A stretch of DNA of 64,000 nt from Vicinamibacteria bacterium. Its GTDB lineage: Bacteria > Acidobacteriota > Vicinamibacteria > Fen-336 > JAGNNV01. Position 1 is the first letter of the stretch. Each line of letters begins with the position of its first letter. The stretch covers positions 71,700 through 135,699 of the forward strand of contig JBGATM010000009.1 of the NCBI GenBank assembly GCA_044229175.1. The letters are read 5' to 3'. The notes under the pieces are model-generated. The model made no database searches. It was not told where the DNA came from and saw nothing but the letters and a program-made list of their open reading frames with translations. A program made the position numbers and the translations under genes. This document shows, piece by piece, positions 55,202-64,000 of this stretch.

Positions 55202-55232
55202 GGGAGCGCGGATGTTACTCTCACCGGCTCCA

Positions 55233-56516
55233 ATGCCCATGATCCGATCTCTCAAGCCCTTCCTTCCCGCTGCCCTCGCTCTTCTGATTCCGGCCTGCTC
55301 CCAGGCCCAGCCCGCGACCCCGCCCCCCGCCACACCCACCGTGGCTCCCGCGTCCGCGACGCCTGTGAGCCCGCCGGTTTCCGTGGCCGCCGACCGGTCC
55401 CAGAGTTTCGACAAGGAACTCCGACTCCTCTTCCGCATGGTCGCCTGCGCGGGCTCGGAACCCGTGCCCAAGGAGTACGAGGCGGTGGTGGCCCGGCATT
55501 GCGATCTGTTCCAGAAGACCATGACCAGCTACCGGACCAAGTACGTCGCGATGGCGCAGCCTTTCCTCGTGGGGCTTCAGCCGAAGGGTTTGCCTTCCAC
55601 CGTGGTGTATCCCTTCGGCGGCGGCGATCTTCTTTCCGCGCTCACCACCTATCCGGATCTCACCGAGGTCACGACCCTGTCCCTCGAGTACGCGGGCGAT
55701 CCACGGCGCATCGTCGGCATTACGCCTGAACGGCTGGAATTCAGCCTCACCCAGGTGAGGCGGCGGGTGAGCGGCCTGCTCATCTGGACGGAATCGACCA
55801 GCGAAAACATGATGCAGCTTCAGCAGGGCGATATCCCCGGGCAGCTCGCGTTCTTCCTCACCGGACTCGCCGTTCACGGCCAGGAGCCGGTGAGTCTGCG
55901 CTTCTTCAATCTGACCCCCGAGGGGATGCCGGTCGAGCTTTCCAAACAGGATATCGCCGCCCTCGAGGGCTCGACCGCGACGAAGCTGAACCAGGTGTGG
56001 AAGTCGCCGGATTTCTCGGTGGCCTTCTCCAACTCTGAGATCACCTTCCGCAAGGCCTCGGACCCGAACGCTCCGCTGCGCGTGCATCGTCACATCGCCG
56101 CGGATCTTTCCGACTCGGGTGTTCGGAAGGTCCCGGGGGTCCTGAAGCATCTCGAGGCGAAGGGACGCATCACCGCCATCACCAAGGCGGCGAGCTACCT
56201 GATGTGGAATTCGGGGTTCTCGAAGATCCGCAACTACCTGCTCGCGAACATGGAGTTCATGCTCTCCGACTCCACCGGCATTCCGCCTCACTACGCTCAG
56301 AAGGCGGGTTTCGAGGTCCTGGCCTACGGGCAGTTCGACGCGCCGTTCCTTCCCGCGCCGGAAGCCGAGGCCCAGGACCTGCTGGCGCTCTATGCGGCCC
56401 AGCCGAAACGCGAGCTCAACTTCCGATACGGCTATCCAGACCTCCACAGCCATCATCACCTGCTCGTGACCCGGAAACCCCAGGCGCCCCGGCCCGCGGC
56501 CAAACCTTCGAACTGA
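55233..56516 (+). CDS. Secreted hypothetical protein.
   Basis: Signal peptide MPMIRSLKPFLPAALALLIPACS. No recognisable motifs. Confidence 0.45.
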   Translation: MPMIRSLKPFLPAALALLIPACSQAQPATPPPATPTVAPASATPVSPPVSVAADRSQSFDKELRLLFRMVACAGSEPVPKEYEAVVARHCDLFQKTMTSYRTKYVAMAQPFLVGLQPKGLPSTVVYPFGGGDLLSALTTYPDLTEVTTLSLEYAGDPRRIVGITPERLEFSLTQVRRRVSGLLIWTESTSENMMQLQQGDIPGQLAFFLTGLAVHGQEPVSLRFFNLTPEGMPVELSKQDIAALEGSTATKLNQVWKSPDFSVAFSNSEITFRKASDPNAPLRVHRHIAADLSDSGVRKVPGVLKHLEAKGRITAITKAASYLMWNSGFSKIRNYLLANMEFMLSDSTGIPPHYAQKAGFEVLAYGQFDAPFLPAPEAEAQDLLALYAAQPKRELNFRYGYPDLHSHHHLLVTRKPQAPRPAAKPSN

Positions 56517-56529
56517 CGGCCTCGCGACC

Positions 56530-57957
56530 TTGAGTTCGCGTCGGCTCTTCGGGCTCGGGTCGCTGGCTTTCGTGGCGGCGGCGTTCGCAACTCGGGCCGG
56601 GCAGAGCCTCGGATACGACGAGCTCTTCACGGTCTGGGCGTCCTCGCGGTCGCTCGTCGATCTGATTCACCAGGCCAATCTGGACGGCTTCACCCCGCCT
56701 GCGTTCTACGCCCTGGTGAAGCTGTTTTCGCTCGCGGGTCTTGGCAACGAGAACCTGCGCGTCGTCTCCATCGGCCTTGGCGGTCTCGCGGTGTATCTCG
56801 GCTTGCAGGCGTCGGAGCGGCTCTTCGGCCCCGCCTCACGGTGGCCGGCGTTGCTCCTCATTCCGGGCTCGGCCTACCTCTTCACCTTCGCCCACGAATT
56901 GCGCCCGTACTCGGCGCTCCTTTGCTGCGCGTTCTTCTTCCTCGGTGAGCTCGGCGGGACACCGAGCGGGAAGAGCGACCTCAGGGCCGCCCTCGCCGCC
57001 CTGGTCGCGACCTCGTTTTCCTACCTGGGCGTCTTGATGGTGGCGCTGTGGCTCTTCGAGTGCCGCCGACGATGCGCGCGGCTCCGCCTCGCCCTGGTGA
57101 GCCTCCTGTGCGTGTTACTGTGCGCCCCCGGCCTCCAGAAGGCTCTTGCTCTGGCCGCTTCCAGCGTGGATTCGAAAATCGCCTGGTCCGCGGCCCGGCC
57201 CGCTCTCTCCCCGGTGCTCTTCGGATTGACCCCGGTTCCTTTCGATGCCCGGATCGAGTTTCTGGGCATCATCCTGCTGATCCTGCTTCTCATGAGCGCC
57301 CACTACCCGAAGTCCCTTGAAGCCCCGGCCTTCTTGACTCGAGCCTTCGGCGCGTTCACCCTCGGCGTCCTCGCGCTCGATGCCTTCGTGCCGATCGGCT
57401 TCGCTCCCCGCTACTTCGCGCTCTCCATGGCCGCGCTCCTCCTGCTGACCGCGGGGGCCTTGACGCGCGCTGGTCGCGCCGGCCTCCTCGTCGCCGCCTT
57501 CATCCTCGGCCTGAACGGGCTGGCCGTCTTTCGTTACCTGACCATCGAGCCTTCGGCCCGGGAGGACTGGCGGGGCGCCATGGTCAGGTTTGAAGCGCGG
57601 CTGGGCGCGAAGGGGGTACTGCTCGCGTTCCCGTTCCATCACGCGGCGGTGGCGGCGCACGCCTACGCGCCGGGGCTCGCGGTTGGAGGCGGCTACACCT
57701 CGAGAACCGGGCCGGTGTTCTGGTACGAGCCGCCGGCCTCCTTCGGGGGTTATTCCTTCGAGGGCCTGAAGAGGATGGACGACGCGGGAGAGGCTCTCCG
57801 TCGGCTCGCCCTGGCCTCCGATGTCTGCGTGCTCAGCGACGAACCCGACGTCCGCAAGACCGCGGCCCTGTTCGGCGTGTTCGAGGCCCTCGGGCGCGCC
57901 GAACCCTTCGACACCGGCGATCCGCGTCTCCGCGCCCTTTGTCGCCTCCGGGGCTGA
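56530..57957 (+). CDS. Polytopic membrane protein, GT-C (ArnT/PMT-like) glycosyltransferase fold candidate.
   Basis: Ten or more TM helices with an N-terminal DE-containing loop (LGYDELFTVW) typical of GT39/GT83. Confidence 0.5.
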   Translation: MSSRRLFGLGSLAFVAAAFATRAGQSLGYDELFTVWASSRSLVDLIHQANLDGFTPPAFYALVKLFSLAGLGNENLRVVSIGLGGLAVYLGLQASERLFGPASRWPALLLIPGSAYLFTFAHELRPYSALLCCAFFFLGELGGTPSGKSDLRAALAALVATSFSYLGVLMVALWLFECRRRCARLRLALVSLLCVLLCAPGLQKALALAASSVDSKIAWSAARPALSPVLFGLTPVPFDARIEFLGIILLILLLMSAHYPKSLEAPAFLTRAFGAFTLGVLALDAFVPIGFAPRYFALSMAALLLLTAGALTRAGRAGLLVAAFILGLNGLAVFRYLTIEPSAREDWRGAMVRFEARLGAKGVLLAFPFHHAAVAAHAYAPGLAVGGGYTSRTGPVFWYEPPASFGGYSFEGLKRMDDAGEALRRLALASDVCVLSDEPDVRKTAALFGVFEALGRAEPFDTGDPRLRALCRLRG

Positions 57958-57984
57958 GACTCAGACGATCAGGCGGATCGCCAC

Positions 57985-59130
57985 TCAGGCGGTCTGCATG
58001 CGTTCGATGGATTCGAACAGGGCGCGGAAGTTGCCCGCCCCGAACCCTTCGTCGCCCTTGCGTTGGATGATCTCGAAGAAGAACGGGCCCGCCGCCGATT
58101 CCTTGTAGAGGCCGGAGGCCTCGCGCAGGAAGATCTGCAGGAGGTACGAATGCGGCCCGTCGCCATCGACGAGGATCTCGAGCTCCCGCAGGACGTTCAG
58201 GTCCTCGTCGATGGAGCCGATGGACAGCTGCTTCAGCCGGTCCGGCAGCATGTCGTAGTAGGTCGAGGGCGTCGGCATGAACTCGACCTTCCGCTCGCGC
58301 AGGCCGCGAACGCAGGACACGATGTCCTTCACGGAGATCGCGAGGTGCTGGACGCCGTCGCCTCTCAGTTCCTCATTGAAGATGTTGATCTGCGAGGCCT
58401 TGAAGAAGGGTCGCCACGGCTCGTTGTTCGCGAACTTCACCCCGGAGTGCGGGTCCCACATCACCACCGATCGCAGTCCGGATCCGTGGCTCTTGTTCTC
58501 CTTGCCCACGTCCGTGGTGTGGAACTCGACGCCCCAGAAGCGCTCGAAGCCCATGACGTGCTCCATCCAGAGGAGCGCCGGCTTCATGGTCTGGAAGTTC
58601 GAGGTCGTGTGGTCGAAGCCCTGGAACCCGAAACGGTTCGCGCCTCCCTTCGGAGCCCCATGCGGGACGAAACCCGGGAAGAGGGCCTGATAGCCCCTGC
58701 GTTCCACGAAACGGAAGGTGGTATCCCCGAAAGGAGTGGTGATGGAGAACCAGGCGAGGGAGCCGCCTTTCTCGTCGGTGGCGCGCTCGATGTCCTCGAT
58801 GGGGGTGCCGCCCCGCTCCTCGAGCAGTCGGAAGGTGGTCTCGATGTTCTCGACCTCGAAGTTGAGGGTGCCGACGCCGTCGGGGTGCTTCTTCAGGAAC
58901 CGCGCGGCCCGTCCGCCCTCGCCTTCGGGGGCGATGCAGACCACCACGCAATTGGCGGCCATGAACGCGACCGACCTCTGCTTCCCGCGCCGCGTGAGCT
59001 CGTCGGAACTCGTCCCGATCTCCGCGAAGTCCATCATGTCCACGTAGAAGCGCCGCGAGCGCTCCAGGTCGTGCACGTAGTAGTGGACCGATTCCAGACG
59101 CTTGATGCCGAGGGGTTCGAGCTTGCTCAT
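57985..59130 (-). CDS. hppD: 4-hydroxyphenylpyruvate dioxygenase.
   Basis: Two VOC domains. Conserved HLAISV and FFEIIQRKG(D/E)EGFGAGNF C-terminal motif. Confidence 0.85.
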   Translation of the reverse strand: MSKLEPLGIKRLESVHYYVHDLERSRRFYVDMMDFAEIGTSSDELTRRGKQRSVAFMAANCVVVCIAPEGEGGRAARFLKKHPDGVGTLNFEVENIETTFRLLEERGGTPIEDIERATDEKGGSLAWFSITTPFGDTTFRFVERRGYQALFPGFVPHGAPKGGANRFGFQGFDHTTSNFQTMKPALLWMEHVMGFERFWGVEFHTTDVGKENKSHGSGLRSVVMWDPHSGVKFANNEPWRPFFKASQINIFNEELRGDGVQHLAISVKDIVSCVRGLRERKVEFMPTPSTYYDMLPDRLKQLSIGSIDEDLNVLRELEILVDGDGPHSYLLQIFLREASGLYKESAAGPFFFEIIQRKGDEGFGAGNFRALFESIERMQTA

Positions 59131-59182
59131 TCAGCCATCTTAATTGTTGCCCCTCGATGCTCCGGGGCCCCGAGGCGGGCGA

Positions 59183-61111
59183 TCAGGTCCGGTCGGGCAG
59201 GCGCGAGTCCCGGACCGTCTTCATCGCGGCCAGGGCGAGCAGCAGGACCAGCAGGCCCTGCACCGCGAGACTGGAGAGGTCGGGATGAATGCCAAGCATC
59301 GGGAAACTCGGAAACGCGATGGGGCGGGGAGTCAGGTAACCGGCCGCCACGAAGGCGGAGATGCTGGAGCCCGCGAAGGCCACGGCGAGAAGGCTGAGGA
59401 GGAAGCCCGAGGCTCCAAAGAAGACGGGCAGGGGCAGCCGCTGGAACGTATTTCGAATGGCGATGGCGACGAGCACCACGCCTAGGAGGCCCGCGATCGC
59501 CCCCGCGAACACCGGCCACGTGCGGCCCGCCGCTTCGATCAGGAGGGCCTCCGTGAACAGGATGGTCTCCGCGCACTCCCGGTACACGGCGAGGAAGGCG
59601 AGGCCGGCGAACGACCACACCCGGCCCGAACTGAGACCGCGGTTCATCTGGCCCTTGAGGAACGCCATCCACTTTCGCGACTCCGCCTTCGAGATCATCC
59701 AGAAGCTCACGCTGAAGAGCACCACGGCGGCGAGCAGGCCGATGAAAGCCTCGACCAGCTCGCGCTGCGACGGTGCGATGGCGATCAGTCGCGAAAACAG
59801 GAACCAGCTGATGACCCCGGCCAGGAGGGCCGATGTCCAACCGACGTGGATGGCCCGGCTGGCATCCGCGCGTCCGAGCTTTCTGACCCCGCCGAGGAGC
59901 GCTCCCACGAGCAGCGCGGCCTCGACACCTTCACGGAAGTAGATGATGAACGCGGCGACGAAGGGAAGGCTGTCGCCGCTGCTTGAACCCGAGCGCGAGA
60001 GCAGCTCATCGAGGATGGCCGCCTGCTTCTGGATCAGGGCCGGGTTTTGGCCCACCAGGGCCGCGCGGAAGTCGCGGAAGGCGATCTCGACCGACTGGGT
60101 CCGGTTCGGATCGTGGGCGCTGATCTGAGCCTCGAGAGGTTCGAAACCCTGAAGGTAGGCGTCGAGAACGACCCGATCGGCCTCGGCGACGCGGCCGGCC
60201 GCGCCGAGGGTCGCCGCCTTTCGAACCATGGAGCGCGTCTGATCGACGCCCAGGCCGAGAGGCGCTTCGGAGAAGGCCGCCTCTCGCCTGGCGAAAACCA
60301 GGCCTTCCCGTGGCGAAGGATGACCGCTTGCCTGCAGGGAGGCGAGCACGTCCGCGTCCGAGCGCACCGCGAGATCCGCCAGCGTCATGGATACCGGTCC
60401 CGCCGCACTTTCACCCGCGTGGGCCAGGCGCAGCACGTAGAAGGCAAGGTCCCAGCGCTCGGAGGGCGAGAAGGCTTCGAACGCGGGCATGGCCGTGCCG
60501 GGTACGCCAAGGGTCAGCGCGTTGTAGATGCGATAGGGCGAGAGGGCCTGCCGTCGTCCCGGATCCTGAAAGCTCGTGGGTCTTGGAACGAGGGAGGCCG
60601 CCACCTCGGTCCGGCTGAGCCCGTCGACTCCGTGGCAGGTGCTGCAGGCCTGGGCATAGAGCAACTCCGCGTTCTTGAGACTGGGCCGACTTCGCGGGGT
60701 GGTGATGAGCCCGAGCCGGGAGACGACTTCTTCCCGCGCCGCCCGACCGAGGGAGGCCACCACCGCCGCATCCTCCTTGGCTCGCACCGCGGCGCGAAGG
60801 GCCTCGACGCGCGCGGTGAGAGCGGTCGTGTCTTCCGGGGTTCGGCTTGCCTTGGGAACGAGCGCGATCGCGGTCTCGATGAAGCCAAGCTGCTCCTCGT
60901 ACTCGTACGCCGACACCACCACGCCCCCGGAGACCGCGCCGCGGTAGTCCGCGGCCACGTAATCGAGAAGGGACACGAGCCGCGCTCCGTCGTTTCCGTC
61001 CGGCGCCTCGACTTTCGCGGAAGGGTTCCCGGAAGCACCGGGTTCATGGCTCGAAGCGCACCCGGTGGTTCCCAGAAGGAGGCCTAAGACGAAAATGAAC
61101 TTCGTTTTCAT
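59183..61111 (-). CDS. FTR1-family iron permease fused to an N-terminal periplasmic cytochrome c domain (lipoprotein signal).
   Basis: N-terminus MKTKFIFVLGLLLGTTGCAS. Heme motif CSTCH with distal Met. The C-terminal half carries REGVEAAL and RECAETIL (REXXE iron motifs of FTR1/EfeU). Confidence 0.75.
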   Translation of the reverse strand: MKTKFIFVLGLLLGTTGCASSHEPGASGNPSAKVEAPDGNDGARLVSLLDYVAADYRGAVSGGVVVSAYEYEEQLGFIETAIALVPKASRTPEDTTALTARVEALRAAVRAKEDAAVVASLGRAAREEVVSRLGLITTPRSRPSLKNAELLYAQACSTCHGVDGLSRTEVAASLVPRPTSFQDPGRRQALSPYRIYNALTLGVPGTAMPAFEAFSPSERWDLAFYVLRLAHAGESAAGPVSMTLADLAVRSDADVLASLQASGHPSPREGLVFARREAAFSEAPLGLGVDQTRSMVRKAATLGAAGRVAEADRVVLDAYLQGFEPLEAQISAHDPNRTQSVEIAFRDFRAALVGQNPALIQKQAAILDELLSRSGSSSGDSLPFVAAFIIYFREGVEAALLVGALLGGVRKLGRADASRAIHVGWTSALLAGVISWFLFSRLIAIAPSQRELVEAFIGLLAAVVLFSVSFWMISKAESRKWMAFLKGQMNRGLSSGRVWSFAGLAFLAVYRECAETILFTEALLIEAAGRTWPVFAGAIAGLLGVVLVAIAIRNTFQRLPLPVFFGASGFLLSLLAVAFAGSSISAFVAAGYLTPRPIAFPSFPMLGIHPDLSSLAVQGLLVLLLALAAMKTVRDSRLPDRT

Positions 61112-61200
61112 TTCAGACTGACAACCATACCATGACAAGGGCGGGCGACTATGATTGGAACCAGGCCGGCAATGACCCTGGCCCAGGTGGAGATGAAGAA

Positions 61201-61818
61201 ATGAAAGCCATAGGTTGTCTCGTCGCGGTTCTTCTCGTGGTCGGCATCGTGGGTCTCGCCCTCATGGGCACCTACAACAATCTCGTGGGCCTCGCGCAGG
61301 CCGTGGATGCCCAATGGGCGCAGGTCGAAAACGCCTACCAGCGACGCACCGATTTGATCCCGAACCTCGTCGCCACCGTGTCCGGCGCCGCCAACTTCGA
61401 GAAGTCGACCCTCGAGGCGGTCACCCAGGCGCGGGCCAGCGTGGGTCAGATCAAGGTGAATCCCGGGGATGCCGCCTCCCTCGCCGAGTTCGAGAAGGCG
61501 CAGAGCGGTCTCTCCTCCGCGCTCTCCCGGCTCCTCGTGGTTTCGGAGGCGTATCCCGACCTCAAGGCGAGCGCCAACTTCCGGGACCTTCAGGTCCAGC
61601 TCGAAGGCACGGAGAACCGCATCTCGGTGGAGCGCGGCCGCTTCAACGAGAAGGCGCAGACCTACAACACCGCCATCCTCAGGATGCCCGCCCGACTCTT
61701 CGCCGGTCTGTTCGGCATGAAGGAGAAGCCGTACTTCAAGGCGGTCACGGGAAGCGAGAAGCCTCCGAGCGTCAACTTCAATTTCGGACCGTCGCCCGCT
61801 CCCGCGCCCACGAAGTAG
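61201..61818 (+). CDS. LemA-family protein.
   Basis: N-terminal TM. Conserved LemA core (NAYQRRTDLIPNLV, RFNEKAQTYNTAI). Confidence 0.75.
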   Translation: MKAIGCLVAVLLVVGIVGLALMGTYNNLVGLAQAVDAQWAQVENAYQRRTDLIPNLVATVSGAANFEKSTLEAVTQARASVGQIKVNPGDAASLAEFEKAQSGLSSALSRLLVVSEAYPDLKASANFRDLQVQLEGTENRISVERGRFNEKAQTYNTAILRMPARLFAGLFGMKEKPYFKAVTGSEKPPSVNFNFGPSPAPAPTK

Positions 61819-61825
61819 CCGGTCC

Positions 61826-62653
61826 TTGAGCCTCATGGCCAGGGCATCCTCGCGCTTCCCGCCCATCCGGGCGCTGATCGCGATCGCTCTGGCTCTTCTT
61901 CCTGGCCTCGTCGGAGCCCAGCCAAAGGCTCCTCCTCCGCCCGCGAACTTCTTCACCGACAGCACCGGGATGGTTTCCCCGGAGGTCGCGTCCCGCATCG
62001 AGCAGCGCCTGCGGGAATTCCAGAAGTCCTCCTCGAATCAGGTGCTGGTCGTCGTCGCGGATCGCGTCCCCGAGGGCTATGCGTCCCTCGAGGAGTACAC
62101 CAACCGGACCGCGGAAGCCTGGCGGGTGGGTGACAAGACCCGCGATAACGGCGCTGTCCTCTTCGTCTTCGTCGGCGATCGCAAGGTGCGCATCGAGGTG
62201 GGCTATGGACTCGAGGGCGCGCTGCCGGACGCCCTGGCCTCAAGGATCATCAACGACGAGATCACTCCGCGATTCCGGGAAGGCAAGTATGGAGACGGCC
62301 TGCTCGCGGGTGTCGATGCCATCATTCTTGCCACCAAAGGCGAGTACAAGCCTCTCGTCCGCGGACAATCGTCCTCGGACACCCTGCTGATCGTTGCCGT
62401 CGTCATCTTCTTCCTCTTCGTGGGCGTCATCCTTCCGATCATCCGGGAAGTCATGGGAATCCGCAGCGGTTGGTGCACCTACTCGGGGCACGGGACCTCG
62501 AGCGGACGGCGTGGTTCCACCTGGGGATCGGGCGGAGGCTCGTCGTGGGGCGGCTGGTCGAGTGGCGGCGGCAGTTCGTGGGGTGGGGGCGGGGGAGGCT
62601 TCTCCGGCGGCGGCGGCTCATTCGGCGGCGGCGGCGCCTCTGGAAGCTGGTGA
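61826..62653 (+). CDS. TPM-domain (YgcG/TLP18.3-like) protein with a TM helix and a Gly/Ser/Trp-rich C-terminal tail.
   Basis: Signal peptide. TPM core (VLVVVADRVPEGY...VLFVFVGDRKVRIEVGYGLEG). The tail contains GSSWGG repeats. Confidence 0.7.
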   Translation: MSLMARASSRFPPIRALIAIALALLPGLVGAQPKAPPPPANFFTDSTGMVSPEVASRIEQRLREFQKSSSNQVLVVVADRVPEGYASLEEYTNRTAEAWRVGDKTRDNGAVLFVFVGDRKVRIEVGYGLEGALPDALASRIINDEITPRFREGKYGDGLLAGVDAIILATKGEYKPLVRGQSSSDTLLIVAVVIFFLFVGVILPIIREVMGIRSGWCTYSGHGTSSGRRGSTWGSGGGSSWGGWSSGGGSSWGGGGGGFSGGGGSFGGGGASGSW

Positions 62654-62656
62654 CAT

Positions 62657-63094
62657 ATGACCGACTCTTTCTTCTCAAAGATTGACGAGCCTCGCATCGT
62701 CGAGTCCATTCGCGCGGCCGAACTCCGGTCTCGCGGCGAGATACGGATTCACGCCACCGAGAAGGCGGTGGGCGATGTGGTGAAGGAGGCGGCCACCGCC
62801 TTCGAGCGCCTGGGCATGACCCGCACCGCGGAGCGCAATGGCATCCTCATCTTCGTGGCGCCCCGGAGTCAGAAGTTCGCGGTGCTCGGTGATTCAGGGA
62901 TCACCTCGCGGGTGGGAACCGCGCCGCTCGACGAGATGGCGTCCTCGATGTCCGCGGCTTTCCGAGAGGGTCGATTCACCGACGGACTCGTGGGCGCGGT
63001 CGACCGCGCGGGTGCGCTGCTCGCGAGCCTCTTTCCCCGCGTTGAAGGCGCCACCGACCGGGACGAGCTCTCGAACACGATCAGCCGCGGTTGA
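62657..63094 (+). CDS. Second TPM-domain protein (cytoplasmic or periplasmic phosphatase-like).
   Basis: TPM core GEIRIHATEKAVGD...GILIFVAPRSQKFAVLGDSGI. Confidence 0.65.
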   Translation: MTDSFFSKIDEPRIVESIRAAELRSRGEIRIHATEKAVGDVVKEAATAFERLGMTRTAERNGILIFVAPRSQKFAVLGDSGITSRVGTAPLDEMASSMSAAFREGRFTDGLVGAVDRAGALLASLFPRVEGATDRDELSNTISRG

Positions 63095-63776
63095 GCTCCT
63101 CGACGATGGCCCGAGCCGCGTCCGCGGGCGAGGCCGCTTCGGTGATCGGTCGACCCACCACGATGTAGTCGCACCCGAGGCGCACCGCCTCGGCGGGCGT
63201 CGTGACTCGCGCCTGATCCCCCTTGGCCGCGCCCTTGGGCCGAATCCCGGGGGTCACGATGACCAGGTCGTCCCCCGCGGTCTCCCGGATCAGCGCGATC
63301 TCGTGAGGCGAGCAGACCACCCCGTCGATTCCCGACTCGCGGGCCAGGACCGCCAGTTGACGGACCGTCTCCTGGACCGTCCCGCGCGCGCCGGCCTCCC
63401 GTAGGGACTCGTCGGTGTGCGAGGTCAGCACGGTGATGGCGAGAAGCTGGGTCCCCTCCGCGGGAAGGGCCGAGGCCGCGGCCTCCAGCATGGCGCGTCC
63501 GCCCGAGGCGTGCACGGTCAGGAAGAATGCGCCCAGCCTCCACGCCGCGCCCACCGCCTTGGCCACCGTGTTGGGAATGTCGTGAAACTTCAAGTCCAGG
63601 AAGACGCGTCCGCCCGAAGCGACGATGGACCGCACCATCTCCGGACCCTCCGAAGTGAAGAGTTCCTTCCCCACCTTGAACATGCCGACATGGGGCCCGA
63701 GCTCTTCGACGAGTCTTTCCGCGCGCTCCCGGGAGTCGACGTCGAGGGCGACGATGAGGCGGTCCTTCGGGTTCAT
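63081..63776 (-). CDS. pyrF: Orotidine 5'-phosphate decarboxylase.
   Basis: Motifs IVALDV, FKVG, DLKFHDIPNT. Confidence 0.85.
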   Translation of the reverse strand: MNPKDRLIVALDVDSRERAERLVEELGPHVGMFKVGKELFTSEGPEMVRSIVASGGRVFLDLKFHDIPNTVAKAVGAAWRLGAFFLTVHASGGRAMLEAAASALPAEGTQLLAITVLTSHTDESLREAGARGTVQETVRQLAVLARESGIDGVVCSPHEIALIRETAGDDLVIVTPGIRPKGAAKGDQARVTTPAEAVRLGCDYIVVGRPITEAASPADAARAIVEELNRG

Positions 63777-63816
63777 GGTTTCTCCAAGCCTAGGTTCCAG
63801 TTCCAGTCATCTTGCC

Positions 63817-64000
63817 TCAGAGCGGGTCGGGTGTCCCGGCGACCCGGGTCAGAAGGGTCCGCGCCTTGCGAATCATCCTCTTGAGACCCGGATCGAGATC
63901 CATGGCCAGCGCCGCTTCCACCTCGAACCAGCGCAGCGACGGGCCCGCGATGGCGGGCCCGGTTCCGTCGGGCGGCTCGGAGCGCAGGGGCGCTTCAGGA
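63817..64000 (-). CDS. C-terminal end of an unidentified gene (partial, continues beyond the window end).
   Basis: Reverse-strand frame with high GC3 ending ...MDLDPGLKRMIRKARTLLTRVAGTPDPL*. Stop at 63817-63819. Confidence 0.35.
   Translation of the reverse strand, partial: PEAPLRSEPPDGTGPAIAGPSLRWFEVEAALAMDLDPGLKRMIRKARTLLTRVAGTPDPL

Noticed and set aside
1-64000. CRISPR arrays, rRNA genes and IS elements
   Set aside because: No regularly spaced direct repeats, no rRNA-like conserved stretches and no transposase-like ORFs were seen anywhere in the window.

Overview
This is a high-GC (~70%) bacterial chromosomal window with dense coding and frequent 4-bp start/stop overlaps (ATGA/GTGA) between adjacent genes.

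Main content, left to right:
- 1-3702 (-): a large secreted protein with CBM4/9-like modules. It runs off the window start and is therefore absent from the ORF track.
- 3894-15164 (+): a ten-gene clade-II-type nitrous oxide reductase locus, comprising:
  - a GltD-like FAD/NAD(P)-binding iron-sulfur oxidoreductase,
  - a Rieske protein, cytochrome b and a pentaheme cytochrome c,
  - Sec-type NosZ, NosB-like, NosD, NosF, NosL and NosY.
- 15242-34367: a stress/osmoadaptation region, comprising:
  - a marR-otsB-otsA operon in which OtsA carries an N-terminal two-TM sensor-like domain,
  - a triheme cytochrome lipoprotein and a GH15 trehalase-like gene, each preceded by a copy of a ~38-bp palindrome-containing motif,
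  - a ClC channel, NhaP and CPA2 antiporters, an MscS channel, a cNMP-binding protein, a USP and an HPF.
- 34434-42024 (+): an aa3-type cytochrome c oxidase operon with a split subunit III, translationally coupled to a 988-aa orphan sensor histidine kinase.
- 42037-64000: housekeeping genes (nudix, pssA, psd, rimI, tsaB, mutS, pyrF) interspersed with:
  - a lower-GC lipoprotein islet flanked by unusually long non-coding DNA,
  - a tandem M42 peptidase, a VIT transporter and an APC permease,
  - HppD, an FTR1 iron permease fused to cytochrome c, and a LemA-TPM-TPM module.

Many long ORFs in the six-frame track are antisense or alternate-frame shadows typical of high-GC DNA, and were rejected. 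No rRNA, tRNA, CRISPR array or obvious mobile element was found.
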